Counted from the stretch's first letter, positions 23,330 through 35,312 are shown. The stretch: 64,000 nt of DNA from Octopus sinensis (GCF_006345805.1 NC_043000.1:31868001-31932000), one strand, 5' to 3'. The notes: generated from the letters alone by a model not told the origin. Made by a program: numbers and translations.

Positions 23330-23860
23330 GTTTCACGCTATGTGATCTCACTTGAAGATCACGCTAGAACTAGACAAGCAGCGCGTTAGTATTCTACGTC
23401 ATCAAATTATCTGATTTTGTGACATGTGTATGTTACATGTTAAATGTAGCATTGTATTGCAATATCAGTCTTCTATTTCTGTGGTGGCGTCTCTAAAGTT
23501 TGGAGGTATTGTCTGTTAATGTTTTATCTCACTTTGCTGCATGATATATGCTGTAATGTTACAATTGTCCCTTATTCTAAATGTAAGTGATCATACGAAA
23601 GAGTTTTGGACTTGTCCGGCCAATGTAAGAACTGTGGTTTGTGAAGTTTGCAGCTTTAACTTTTACAGTGAAATTTCTAAATTCCATCGATCATTCTGAA
23701 TTTGTATCTTTGCTTCACATGGCCGCTGGAAAAGGCACATTTAAGCAGGGAAATCTGTGTAACTATACAGCGCCTACTGTAGAAAAAATAGCAACACAGA
23801 AAGCAAGTCGACATCCTGAAGATGAGAGTGAGATAGTGTGGAAACGTTGATGAAAATGAT
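23330..23860 (-). mobile_element. Decayed PLE GIY-YIG fragment with an inverted HHR at its 5' junction
   Basis: Minus strand I*KFHCK...SYIGRTSPKLFRMITY; plus-strand CATC-CTGAAGA-N18-GAAAC-GTT-GATG at 23812-23852. Confidence 0.55.
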
Positions 23861-24007
23861 TTTTGGAATTTTTATTGTTCCAAATAAACTCTGAGATATG
23901 AGATTTTAATAAAAAAAAAAGTTTCAATTATAACATAGTCGTAATTCTAAAACAGGTTTAACAGGAAAGCTAAATTCTCTCTCTCTCTCTCTTTCTTCCT
24001 CACAATA

Positions 24008-24056
<49 letters not shown>

Positions 24057-24161
24057 TATATATACACATATATATATATATATATATACAATATATATAT
24101 ATTATATATACATACATACATACATACATATACAAAACTTGTACTTTTATTTCATGTTTCA

Positions 24162-24204
<43 letters not shown>

Positions 24205-24433
24205 ACACACACACACACACACCACGTATATATAATGGTCTCTAATTTTATTGATCAGACTGCATACAGTAATTTAAAATAAAATAAAATAAAATAAAAT
24301 AAGAGTGCATCGTTGTTATTTTGATGTTTTATTGTGTAAAAGTTTTTCTTTTCGCTTCTAATCTTTTCGTTTCCATTTTTCATTTTTTGCTCAGAAAACC
24401 ATTTTTATAGCAAGCCTGTGTGTGTGTGTGTGT

Positions 24434-24472
<39 letters not shown>

Positions 24473-24843
24473 ATGTGTGTAAGCGTAAGAGTGTTTTTCC
24501 GACTTAAACTCTCACTTGTTTACTATGAGCCGAACAAAAAGACACACATCTCATTATTTCTTTCTTGCCAGTTCTTATTAATATCTTCTGCTCCATTACA
24601 CTCCATACTACATTGAAGGCATCAGGCAAAGACGCCTCCATCACCACCGCTACCTCCGATTCGAAAATAATCTCTTCCTGTTCTCTGAGATACCAATTCT
24701 CTGCGATATCAAAGTCAAGGAATTTTGACTTCATTTTACAAAAAACATCGTCTGTGAGTGAAGTCGGCAGACGGGAAAGTATAGTAAATACACAAACATG
24801 CACGTACGAGCACACGTATACACGTGTATATATGTATGTATGC

Positions 24844-24886
<43 letters not shown>

Positions 24887-24889
<3 letters not shown>

Positions 24890-25230
24890 AAATAAGCAAC
24901 AAGGATATCCAGAGGTAATGCAGTACGATCGTTTCATGCGACTCCATTTAATTGAACAATGCAAATATTACATCAGTTTTAAAATGTAGAGCAATCTTCA
25001 GCTGCATAAAAATATAGAATTTAGTTAAATTCAAAGGATTCATTTGTATAGTTATTCTATTAACCAAAATCACAAAGAGGATAAGTAGATAGACAAAAAA
25101 CAAGTTTCATCAGCAATATCATAGTAGTAGCTTATATTTTTTCACAGAAAGATACTACTTATCATTGATTTTACTTTGTTATTTAGATTTATTACTGTGT
25201 GGGGTGAGGATTTTATAGGCTAGTTTATCA
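24887..25230 (-). mobile_element. PLE-type 3' repeat Z, copy 1, with long-stem-II HHR (24918-25007)
   Basis: ATGCAG-CTGAAGA-TTGC...GCAT-GAAAC-GATC-GTA-CTGCAT; homologous to 36367-36690. Confidence 0.75.
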
Positions 25231-25312
25231 AGTTTAAATGGAAACTAGAATCTATCTTTTATGGATAGAGTAAAAAAAACAGTTTAAGTGGCAGGGTCAT
25301 AAATCAAGATCC

Positions 25313-25520
25313 AACTTTCTCTCACTCTTTCTTCCTGTTTCCTGTCCCCGACTTCCTACGCAACCGCTGAGCCTGGATTCGCATTCATCCATCCGTCGAT
25401 GCTTTCTCTTCTGCGGGTCTTAGGAATAGCAAAAGACCACGTTTTGGACTTCTCCCATTGGACGAAGACCGCTACGCTCAACAGCAACAGCAACTGCAAC
25501 AACAGCAATAACACCAACAA
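25313..25520 (+). mobile_element. SINE family C, 5'-truncated, (GCA/ACA)n tail
   Basis: Matches the 3' half of the 14.8 and 35.4 kb copies. Confidence 0.85.
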
Positions 25521-26084
25521 CAGCGGCAGTATTCAAATTTCAAGCGAGTGACAGTCCCTTGGTGTTCACTGAACCTTCTGGAAAGAAGAACAAAATCTGC
25601 GGTCATGAAAAGAAGGACACATGGCATAACGTAGACTTACACATGGTAGGACATGATGGTCATGGATGGAATATCTGCTCGTCAGAGATTATCTGTAGCT
25701 ACACAATAACAAAAGCAATAAGAATTGTAGTCATAGCAACTCGAGAAACGACGTTAATAACAATGGAGTCTCGATATGGTTAGTCGGCCTGCTAGAAATA
25801 GCAGCCAAATCCCCTTCAAATTCACCCCCGTTTAAAACAAGCCAGATGGGATGGTCGTGGCTGAAGAAGACTCTTTTGTGATTAATCTGTGTACCAGATC
25901 ATGGATGAGCGGTGCTTAGAGAACGGAGGCAGGTCTGATTTAAGATTGTATATACCATAGCGACAACGACGACGGCGACAGCAACAACAGCAGAAATAAC
26001 AACAAAAACAAAATTAGTAGTGGTAGCAACAAAACAACAAAAATACGAAGACAGGGAGAGTAGATAGTTTGAGGAGGAGGAGGA

Positions 26085-26253
26085 AGACAACGACGACGAC
26101 GACGACGATGGTGATGATGATGATGGCGGTGGTGATGGGGATGATGGTGACGGTGATGATGGTGATGATGGTGATGGTGATGATGATGGTGATGATGATG
26201 ATGGTGATAATGGTGATGATGATGATGGCGATGGTGATGATGATGATGATGAC

Positions 26254-26294
<41 letters not shown>

Positions 26295-26370
26295 CGATGA
26301 TGATGATGATGATGGTGATGGTGATGATGATGACGACGACGATGATGATGATGATGATGATGATGACATA
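26085..26370. repeat. (GAT/GGT)n microsatellite
   Basis: Direct reading. Confidence 0.95.
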
Positions 26371-27122
26371 TTATAATCTTCTTCTTTCAGCTGTGAATTG
26401 CTTCCCAATGCAGAGGAATTTTCTCATTAAATTCCACCATATTTGTTTCTCTTTAAAACCGTTCCAATCATTTCTTCTGGTCTCTTTTAAAATAATTAAA
26501 CTTTTCCTCTGCTGATCTGTGAAATTTCTGTTAGTTTAAATTACAAAATATTTATTACATTTACGTTTGCGCAAGTTCCTTGCCGTCTTTCTTTTTTAAA
26601 TTTCTTTTCGTTCTTTTTAATTATTTTATTTGTTTTTGTTGATTAATTTGTGTTTTCCTTTTTTTCTCTCTCTCTCTTTTATTTCCAATAAATTGTGTAA
26701 TCTTTAAGTTCCATTGAAGAATCAAAGAGAAATTGTGCAGAATCTATTCTTTGGATTTTACATTCAATCTTTTTATGGCTGTCTAATGAAAGTTTAATGG
26801 CGAATGAAGAAGAGCAAGCAGTGCACATAGGATCGTGGTATTGGTTGTTGTTGGAGGGGGGAGTCGAGGTGGTGGTGGTGGTGGTGGTGGTGGTGGCGGC
26901 GGCGGTAGTGGTGATGGTGATGGTGGTGTGGGGAGGGTGCAGATTTCTTAAACGCAATTGTGTGTGGTTCACTATTTCATATCTATGTATTGGATACTTG
27001 CTTAAGAACTTCCTCCGGGTGTGTGTGTGCGTTTGTAATGATGTCAGAGAGAACGTGCGCTAATGTACAAACATACAAAAAACGCCGGAAGCGGAACTCA
27101 AAGCAGGTGTATTTTTGCTATC

Positions 27123-27166
<44 letters not shown>

Positions 27167-27464
27167 TGTGTTGTGTGTGTGTGTTTGTGTAGACGCGAGC
27201 GAACATTAAGTTAATTAAAATATGTTTGTGACATATTTCAAAATCTCATGGTTAGAAACGCATCTGGGAATCCAATAGGGGCAGTAGCGAACAGATATGG
27301 TGTTTTTACACCTTTTTACACTACGAAAGAATTCTTTGGTCCACGGTAACTGCAGGGAATCTGCCTTTAGAAGCTGAAATATGCCATAACTATATCTTAA
27401 CTAACCTTAAACCTCGCGTAGACCTATCACCGCTGGACACTGATACTGCCGTAACATACATATT

Positions 27465-27681
27465 TTCTTTTATTCTTTTACTTGTTTCAGTCATTTGACT
27501 GCGGCCATGCTGGAGCACCGCATTGAAGGGTTTTAGTCAAACAAATCGACCCCAGCACTTATTTTTTTAAAGCCTAGTACTTATTCTATTGGTCTTTTGG
27601 CCGAACCGCTAAGTGACGGGGACGTAAACACACCAACACCGGTTGCCAAACGGTGATGCAGAGGGACAAACGCAGACACAA

Positions 27682-27764
<83 letters not shown>

Positions 27765-27900
27765 ACGACGAGCGTCTTTCAGTTTCTATCTACCAAATTC
27801 ACTCACAAGGCGTTGGTCGGTCCGTGGCTATAGTAGAAGAGACTCGCGCGTGTGGTTAGGAAGCAAGCTTCTTACTACACACCATCCACGCCTGTGCCTA
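27465..27900 (-). mobile_element. SINE family A
   Basis: Reverse complement of the family A tail, body and head, with an expanded internal (TA)n. Confidence 0.88.
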
Positions 27901-27907
27901 TATATAT

Positions 27908-27949
<42 letters not shown>

Positions 27950-27980
27950 CCGAACTTTATAGTATTAAGTATCCATCACA

Positions 27981-28067
27981 CCTGGTCTTACCAATTGGTT
28001 TCGCGCAAAAGTACAATGGAGTGTTAGTTAACAATCCAATTACATAATCACGCTCATCAGAGTTAGG
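27981..28067 (-). ncRNA. Type I hammerhead, intact core, 51-nt stem II domain
   Basis: CT-CTGATGA-GCG...CGC-GAA-ACCAATTGGT-A-AG; 10-nt palindromic stem III; stem I is weak. Confidence 0.65.
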
Positions 28068-28650
28068 GTTAGGGTTAAACATGGAAGGGAATATGGCCAC
28101 TTCTCTCTATTGTCGGGGGTAGATTAGTAAGACCGGTCAGCGGCTGCTGTGAAAAAAAGTAGTGAAACGAAAAATGGGGCAAGGAATTACGCCAGAAGTT
28201 ATGCCCCTTGGTTGGGTATGTTGTGAAGCTGGCAAGTGTCATCTTGAAGTGAGGAAAGTGTGTACTATTTAATGTGGTCTCCCTGCGGGGTATGGAGTGT
28301 ATTGTATGTGTAGCGGTATCATACGTATAATTCTTTTCCGGGGATGTAGGTATATATAGCTGTGTTCATTGGTCTGTTTTCTCTTTGTAAAGAAGGAAGT
28401 TGTGGGTTTTTAATGTTAGCGTGTGGTGTGTAATGTGTAATATGTGTGAGGTCTGTGTATATGCGGGGGTACAATTTGTGTGAGGGGGTATGTGTTGAGG
28501 TGGTGGGATATTGTTATATGCGGGATGTCAGCCTTATAGGGGTATGTATGTGTGTACATGGATACATTGATATTTGTCTTGGTCAAACTCTTTTTGACAG
28601 ACCCATGGTCATTGGTGGAAGGTCATTTGCTGAAGGTTGAGGCAGGGGAC
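28068..28650 (-). mobile_element. Probable PLE 3' UTR (A/C-rich sense strand)
   Basis: Ends in the HHR; QVPCLN-like ORF-end remnant near 28640; inverted GAAACGATCGTC half-motif at about 28770 (+). Confidence 0.4.
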
Positions 28651-29383
28651 TTGTCGTTGCAGTCATGGTGGCACGCGCAGATACGATAGAATTTACTTCC
28701 ATTCATGCGGGTAAGGATTGAACACCTCACTCCTGCTATTCCCTATTTTGTGCGACGGTCATTATTTCAGTCGAAACGATCGTCGATCAAAATGAAGAAT
28801 TCCATCTTGTGTTCACTTAATCCATTATTATCTCAACTAATACTGCGTAATTCCTGAAGTAGACCCAACAGAAATATACCCCAACTCCGAATGACACCAG
28901 GTGGCCCATAACTGTGCCAGTGCTTTACTCAGCACATCAACACGCTAATTGACATATACTCATTAGTCAAAAATATGACATCGCACAGGATTTTGCAATT
29001 TTCATTTTCGGTGACTCCTTCTGGAGTTTGCTGATACCACGTCTTTGCTCTTTGTGGGCTGTAATTTTCAGAGAATTTTCAATGGATCATTCTTGCCACA
29101 TTGTCATGGCGTCTTTTATATTCGCGATGTGCCTGTTTCGGGCATTCGCTAACTATGTGCCATACCATTTCACCCTTCTCACCACCCATTCTGCATTTGT
29201 CGCTATCGGTAGTATTGTCTAATCTGCACTTGATTGATATAGTTGATCCTTTACGCTTGTTCCTGAGCTGCGCATATGAGTGCTTCTGTCTCTATTATTA
29301 TTATTATATTTTTATTATTATTGTTGTTGTTTTTTTAATGCATATAGTTAAAATAATAATAATAATAAAATAATAAAAAAAAA

Positions 29384-29418
<35 letters not shown>

Positions 29419-29660
29419 GTAGGTGTAAACACATGAACAAACTAAAAATAAACAATAACAAAAACAAATTACACGAACGTATATAAACAGGAGATACAAA
29501 TATTACAGACACTCCCCCCCACACACACACTAACTAAACATAGACACATATAGAGGTATACGCATGCGCAAATGAAGACACATACAATAGGAATACAAAA
29601 TACAAAATGGCTGACCGTTAGTAAGGAGAGACACACAAATAAGAAAGAAGAAAGCAAAGG

Positions 29661-29703
29661 ACCACTGATGAGGTCACAGAAGTGTGACGAAAGAACTCTG
29701 GCC
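29661..29703 (+). ncRNA. Possible minimal hammerhead variant
   Basis: CCA-CTGATGA-G-GTCAC(AGAAGT)GTGAC-GAAAG-AA-CTC-TGG; one extra G before stem II. Confidence 0.45.
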
Positions 29704-30103
29704 GAAATAAGATTAAGATTAATGTTAAAAATAAATAACGCTGAAGGAAAGTAACACCAAATATATAGTGCGTGTGTTTTTATTGGCTAAACTGGCAAAA
29801 TGACCATTCCTAAATACAACAATATTTGTTTCAACACACGATTTCACATCAAAAATCTTGCAAAACAAATATATAAACGTAATATATATATATATATAAC
29901 AATGATAAATCTCAGAGCGAGTTATAAACAGTAGCGGTAACACATCGTGATGCACATATGCCATTTGAATATGGCTGACCCATAAGGGTGGATGCTACTG
30001 TAGTTTGTAGCCCCAGGAAGATATCTCCTCCAGCTGGCCATAGACACACTATCTGTGTCCTGTCAGTATTTGTGAAGGGGAGTCATCCTCCCCGTCTTCA
30101 ACA

Positions 30104-30164
30104 CATGATACACACGTACCCGAGTTTCAAGGTGTTTACCTTTCATCAGCGTGTGACAATCATG
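30104..30164 (-). ncRNA. Type I hammerhead ribozyme, intact (minus-strand copy)
   Basis: Exact reverse complement of 30425-30485. Confidence 0.85.
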
Positions 30165-30424
30165 GTTGTCGATGACAGAACACAGATAGTGTGTCTATGG
30201 CCAGCTGGAGGAGATATCTTCCTGGGGCTACAAACTACAGTAGCATCCACCCTTATGGGTTAGCCATATTCAAATGGCATATGTGCATCACGATGTGTTA
30301 CCGCTATTGTTTATAACTCGCTGAGATTTATCATTGTTTGATTTCACTTTTACAATATCAGTGTCAAATCGACACTGGAAAAAGTATATGTATTTGTGAA
30401 GGGATCTGACTTCTCATCGACAAC

Positions 30425-30485
30425 CATGATTGTCACACGCTGATGAAAGGTAAACACCTTGAAACTCGGGTACGTGTGTATCATG
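30425..30485 (+). ncRNA. Type I hammerhead ribozyme, intact; predicted cleavage after A30472
   Basis: CATGAT-tgt-CACACG-CTGATGA-AAGGT(AAAC)ACCTT-GAAAC-TCGG-GTA-CGTGTG-t-ATCATG; all core positions are canonical. Confidence 0.88.
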
Positions 30486-30638
30486 TGTTGAAGACGGGAA
30501 GGATGACTCCCCTTCACAAATACTGACAGAACACAGATAGTGTGTCTATGGCCAGCTGGAGGAGATATCTTCCTGGGGCTACAAACTACAGTAGCATCCA
30601 CCCTTATGGGTCAGCCATATTCAAATGGCATATGGTGC

Positions 30639-30700
<62 letters not shown>

Positions 30701-30745
30701 ATATATATATATATATATAATATATATATATATATATAGATATAA

Positions 30746-30781
<36 letters not shown>

Positions 30782-30869
30782 TGTATGTATGTATGTGTAT
30801 GTATGTATGTATGCATCATGCATGCATTTATGTATGTATGTAAGTATGAATGTATGTATTTATGTGTAA

Positions 30870-31085
30870 GTATACGTTTGCGTGTCTGTGTTTGTCCCCC
30901 ACCATCGCTTGACAACCGATGTTGGTGTGTTTACGTCCCCGTAACTTAGTGGCTCTGCAAAAGAGAACCGATAGAATAAGTACTAGGTTTACAAAGAATA
31001 AGTCCTGGTGTCGATGTGTTCAACTAAAGGTGGGGCTCCAGCATGGCCGTAGTCAAATGAATGAAACAAATGAAAGAACAAAAGA
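30870..31085 (+). mobile_element. SINE family A, 3' half
   Basis: GTTTACGTCCCCGTAACTTAG...CCAGCATGGCCGTAGTCAAATGA. Confidence 0.85.
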
Positions 31086-31094
31086 ATATATATA

Positions 31095-31486
31095 TCTTTA
31101 TATATAAAAGAGAGGTTGTGTGCTGTCTGTCTCCTACGATTTAGATTCCTAACTACTCCCACATTTTGCGGTGCAGTTTAACCAAAACCGGGTATCTTAT
31201 AGTCGTGATTCATATCGAGCCCTTCTGGGTATTAGCGCGCGTCTACGATGAGTCTACGATTAAAAAAAAAAATTACCATCAATTTTTCCCATTTTTAATG
31301 CATTTTTGGCATATATAAGGGAAGTAACTCTCTAAAAATTTATTAAATCTCAGAACGTAAAAAGCTACAGTAACACCCCCCTTTGTTGTTAGCCATATTG
31401 AGATGGCTATTATACTTTACATCTCTAAAAATGCTTATATAGTTATTTCCCTTACAAACCCGAGCAACGTCGGGCGATACTGCTAA
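31095..31486 (+). mobile_element. Non-autonomous Helitron, unit 1 of a head-to-tail dimer
   Basis: Starts A|TC; 3' hairpin CCCGAGCAACGTCGGG; ends CTAA (CTRR). Confidence 0.9.
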
Positions 31487-31882
31487 TCTTTATATATAAA
31501 AGTGAGGTTGTGTGCTGTCTGTCTCCTACGATTTAGATTCCTAACTACTCCCACATTTTGCGGTGCAGTTTAACCAAAAACCGGGTATCTTATAGTCGTG
31601 ATTCATATCGAGCCCTTCTGGGTGTTAGCGCGCGTCTACGATGAGTCTACGATTAAAAAAAAAAATTACCATCAATTTTTCCCATATTAATGCATTTTTG
31701 GCATATATAAGGGAAGTAACTCTCTAAAAATTTATTATTAAATCTCAGAACGTAAAAAGCTACAGTACCCCCCCTCCTTTGTGGTAAGCCATATTGAGAT
31801 GGCTATTATACTTTACATCTCTAAAAATGCTCATATAGTTATTTCCCTTACAAACCCGAGCAACGCCGGGCGATACTGCTAG
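31487..31882 (+). mobile_element. Non-autonomous Helitron, unit 2
   Basis: Starts TC; hairpin CCCGAGCAACGCCGGG at 31855-31870; ends CTAG|T. Confidence 0.92.
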
Positions 31883-31954
31883 TTATATATATATACACAT
31901 ATATACATATGTATGCAAATGTATATTTATATATATATTATTTATATGTATATA

Positions 31955-31985
<31 letters not shown>

Positions 31986-32352
31986 TGTATGTGTATGTGT
32001 ATGCATGCATGTATGTATGTATGTGTGTATATATGTATGCATGTATGTAGGTGTATCTTTTCGTTTTGTTTTACAAGAATCTCTTCACCAATTGTTTTGT
32101 CTTCCGATCAGGAACTTTTCCTCACCAATTCTCTAAGCATTCTATTTAATATTCTAACGTCTCAATTGCTGATTCCATCGCCAGTCTCTCACATATCCTA
32201 ACAACTGTATTACTTAGTAATCTTCTCTCATCCATTATATTGCTTCCTCGTACATATAAATTTGGCATGTTCCGTACACGTACACATATCTATTATACAT
32301 ATCTATTATACATATACATACATATATACATATATATACACACACATACCTA

Positions 32353-32411
<59 letters not shown>

Positions 32412-32837
32412 TTATATATGTATATATATATATATACGTATGTATGTATGGATGGGTGGATGTACGTATACAGCAGGTTCCGGACAACTTTGCCTCCATT
32501 TTCTTTCTCGTACAATATTTCATTATCTTCTTCCTCTTGTTGATGCCGTCGTGGTTAAATGCTGCTGCTGTTAATGTCTTTGCCGCTTTTGCATTTGCTG
32601 ACATTGATGATGATGCTGATGATGATGATGAGGAGGAGGAGAAGGGGAGGGGGAATGAGGGGAGAGGAGGGGAAGGAGGGGGATATTTGCTTTCATCATG
32701 TTTTCGACTTGCCTCATGAAAGATTCCCGCCTTCCACTCGGTGTCTCTTCTTCTTATCAAACAATATTCTCTTCTCAATTCACAAAAGCGGAGTTCAACA
32801 CACATCAGTTTTACTTTGTTGTTGCGTTCCCTTGTTG

Positions 32838-32896
<59 letters not shown>

Positions 32897-32905
32897 ATTA
32901 TTATA

Positions 32906-32967
<62 letters not shown>

Positions 32968-33261
32968 TTATTCATTTAGAGATAGTAAGCCCCTTCATCT
33001 CACCATATAAAAAATAATTTTTATTTTAAATACCTGTTCCGTCAGTGTCCAATGAAACATCTTTATTAGCATCTTAAGCGTCCCTATTACATATTATAGA
33101 CGCTGCTTTAGGATTTTTATCAGATCCAAATACCTTGTAGTTGTTTTCCTTTTGTATAATGCAGAATAATTCATCTCTTTTCGTCTCTCCGATAGTATTT
33201 TAGGTGTTGTGTGTCAAGAGCACCAATTGCCACACGAGTAATTGCTCTCCTGGTCTTCCAC

Positions 33262-33630
33262 AGTCTCACGAGCTGCCAGGCGCAATAGCGTGTCGAACAA
33301 AATGCTTAGCGGTATTTCTTCTGGGAAGGCGACGAGCTGGCAGAAACGTTAGCACGCCGGGCGAAATGCGTAGCCGTAGTTCGTCTGCCGTTACGTTCTG
33401 AGTTCAAATTCCGCCGGGATCGATAAATTAAGTACCAGTTACGCACTGGGGTCGATATAATCGACTTCATCCGTTTGTCTGTCCGTGTTTGTCCTCTCTG
33501 TGTTTAGCCCCTTGTGGGTAGTAAAGAAATAGGTATTTCTTCTGGGTTTTTACGTCCTGAGTTCAAATTCTGCCGAGGTCGACTTTGCCTTTCACCCACT
33601 TAGGGATCGATAAATACCAGTAAAATATTG
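33262..33630 (+). mobile_element. SINE B (33326-33531) nested in an older SINE B-like copy
   Basis: 15-bp TSD GGTATTTCTTCTGGG at 33311-33325 and 33532-33546; the host head precedes and the host body follows. Confidence 0.85.
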
Positions 33631-33962
33631 GGGTGGACATTGTTGTTGTTTACATCACAGCAAGATTACGATCCAGAATAACGACAAACGTCACCAACAT
33701 CAGCAACAACAACAAGCAAACAGACCAATAAAGAGTTATTCAAAGACATCCAAAATGTCTGCGAGATGTAATCTTTCAAACTGTGATATTTGTTTCACTT
33801 TTCCTTCATTATTTGCGATTGGAAATTACTTCATTCTATTTCAGGACTGGTTGTTGTTGTTGTTGTTGTCGTTGTTGCTGCTGCTGCTGTTGATCGTGTT
33901 TTTATTTCACTTCTGTTTAGACCACCACCATCATCTCTACTACTACTACTACTACTACTACT

Positions 33963-34112
33963 AATCATAATAATAATAATAATAATAAAAATAATAACAA
34001 TAATATAATAATGATACTAATATAATAATGATAATAATAATAATAATATAATAATAATAATGATAATATAATAATAATAATAATATAATAATAATAATAA
34101 TAATAATAATAT

Positions 34113-34143
<31 letters not shown>

Positions 34144-34252
34144 TAATAATAGTAATAATAATAATAAAAATAACAATAACAATAACAATATAATAATAAT
34201 AAGAATAATAACAATAATAATAATAATAATAATAGTAATGATACAAAACAAC

Positions 34253-34296
<44 letters not shown>

Positions 34297-34579
34297 TAAT
34301 AATAATAACAATAATAACAATAATAATATTAATTTTCCACCTACCTCTTGTTTCTGTTACATGTAATGCGTTTCCATCGTCCCACACACAAACATATATA
34401 CCACTACGCATACATACACATACACACATACATAATAATATAATAATGATACTAATATAATAATGATAATAATAATAATAATATAATAATAATAATGAAT
34501 AATATAATAATAATAATAATAATTATAATAATAATATAATAATAATAATAATAATATTAATAATAATAATAATAATAAC

Positions 34580-34611
<32 letters not shown>

Positions 34612-34654
34612 TGATAACAACAACAACAACAACAATAATAATAATAATAATATA

Positions 34655-34685
<31 letters not shown>

Positions 34686-34815
34686 AATAATAACAATAAT
34701 AACAATAATAATATTAATTTTCCACCTACCTCTTGTTTCTGTTACATGTAATGCGTTTCCATCGTCCCACACACAAACATATCTACCACTACGCATACAT
34801 ACACATACACACATA
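33963..34815. repeat. (TAA)n field with a ~385-bp tandem duplication
   Basis: Unique island ATTAATTTTCCACCTACCTCTTG...CACACAAACATAT occurs twice, at about 34328 and 34712. Confidence 0.9.
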
Positions 34816-35166
34816 CATTTACAATTACTCACATACACATTTACAGCTACACACACACATACGCACGTATATTTACAATTACTCCCATACACATTTACAG
34901 CTAACACACACACACACACATACGCAAAGATGTTTCATATGATGGTCTCATTTTTCTTTTTTCTCATTAAGGACAGCAGAGGGTGAGGGTGAGGGTGAGG
35001 AGAGGTGGGTGGAGAGGTGTGAGGAGGGTGTGACAAGAAATTGGGGAGTGGTGGGGTGTTTAAATGAATGAATGAAGAAATAAAAGTCGCAAAAAGATAA
35101 AAGAAACAATTGCAATTGTTGAACGGTTTTAAATCTGATTCACAATTTGAAAATCGAATACTACTA

Positions 35167-35213
<47 letters not shown>

Positions 35214-35280
35214 AATATTACTACTACTACTACTACTACTACTGCTGCTACTGCTGCTGCTGCTGCTACTACTACTGCTG

Positions 35281-35312
<32 letters not shown>

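Larger units (their letters stand above)
29900..30643. mobile_element. Retrozyme-like HHR repeat: inverted copy plus partial tandem of a 351-nt unit
   Basis: 29900-30175 is antisense; 30174-30336 and 30337-30643 are sense copies (period 351, from GACAGAACAC at 30174 and 30525); arms nearly identical; (TA)n on both flanks. Confidence 0.88.

Noticed and set aside
23641-23850. Ankyrin-like LLHMAAGKG in a plus-strand ORF
   Set aside because: Single partial match; the opposite strand reads as a GIY-YIG remnant (SYIGRTS)
28062-28077. TTAGGG repeats next to an HHR (telomere-associated PLE?)
   Set aside because: Only about 2.5 units, which can arise by chance; no other telomeric or terminon features
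34980-35030. (GGGTGA)n G-quadruplex-like tract
   Set aside because: Short simple repeat in a microsatellite-rich context, with no evidence of function
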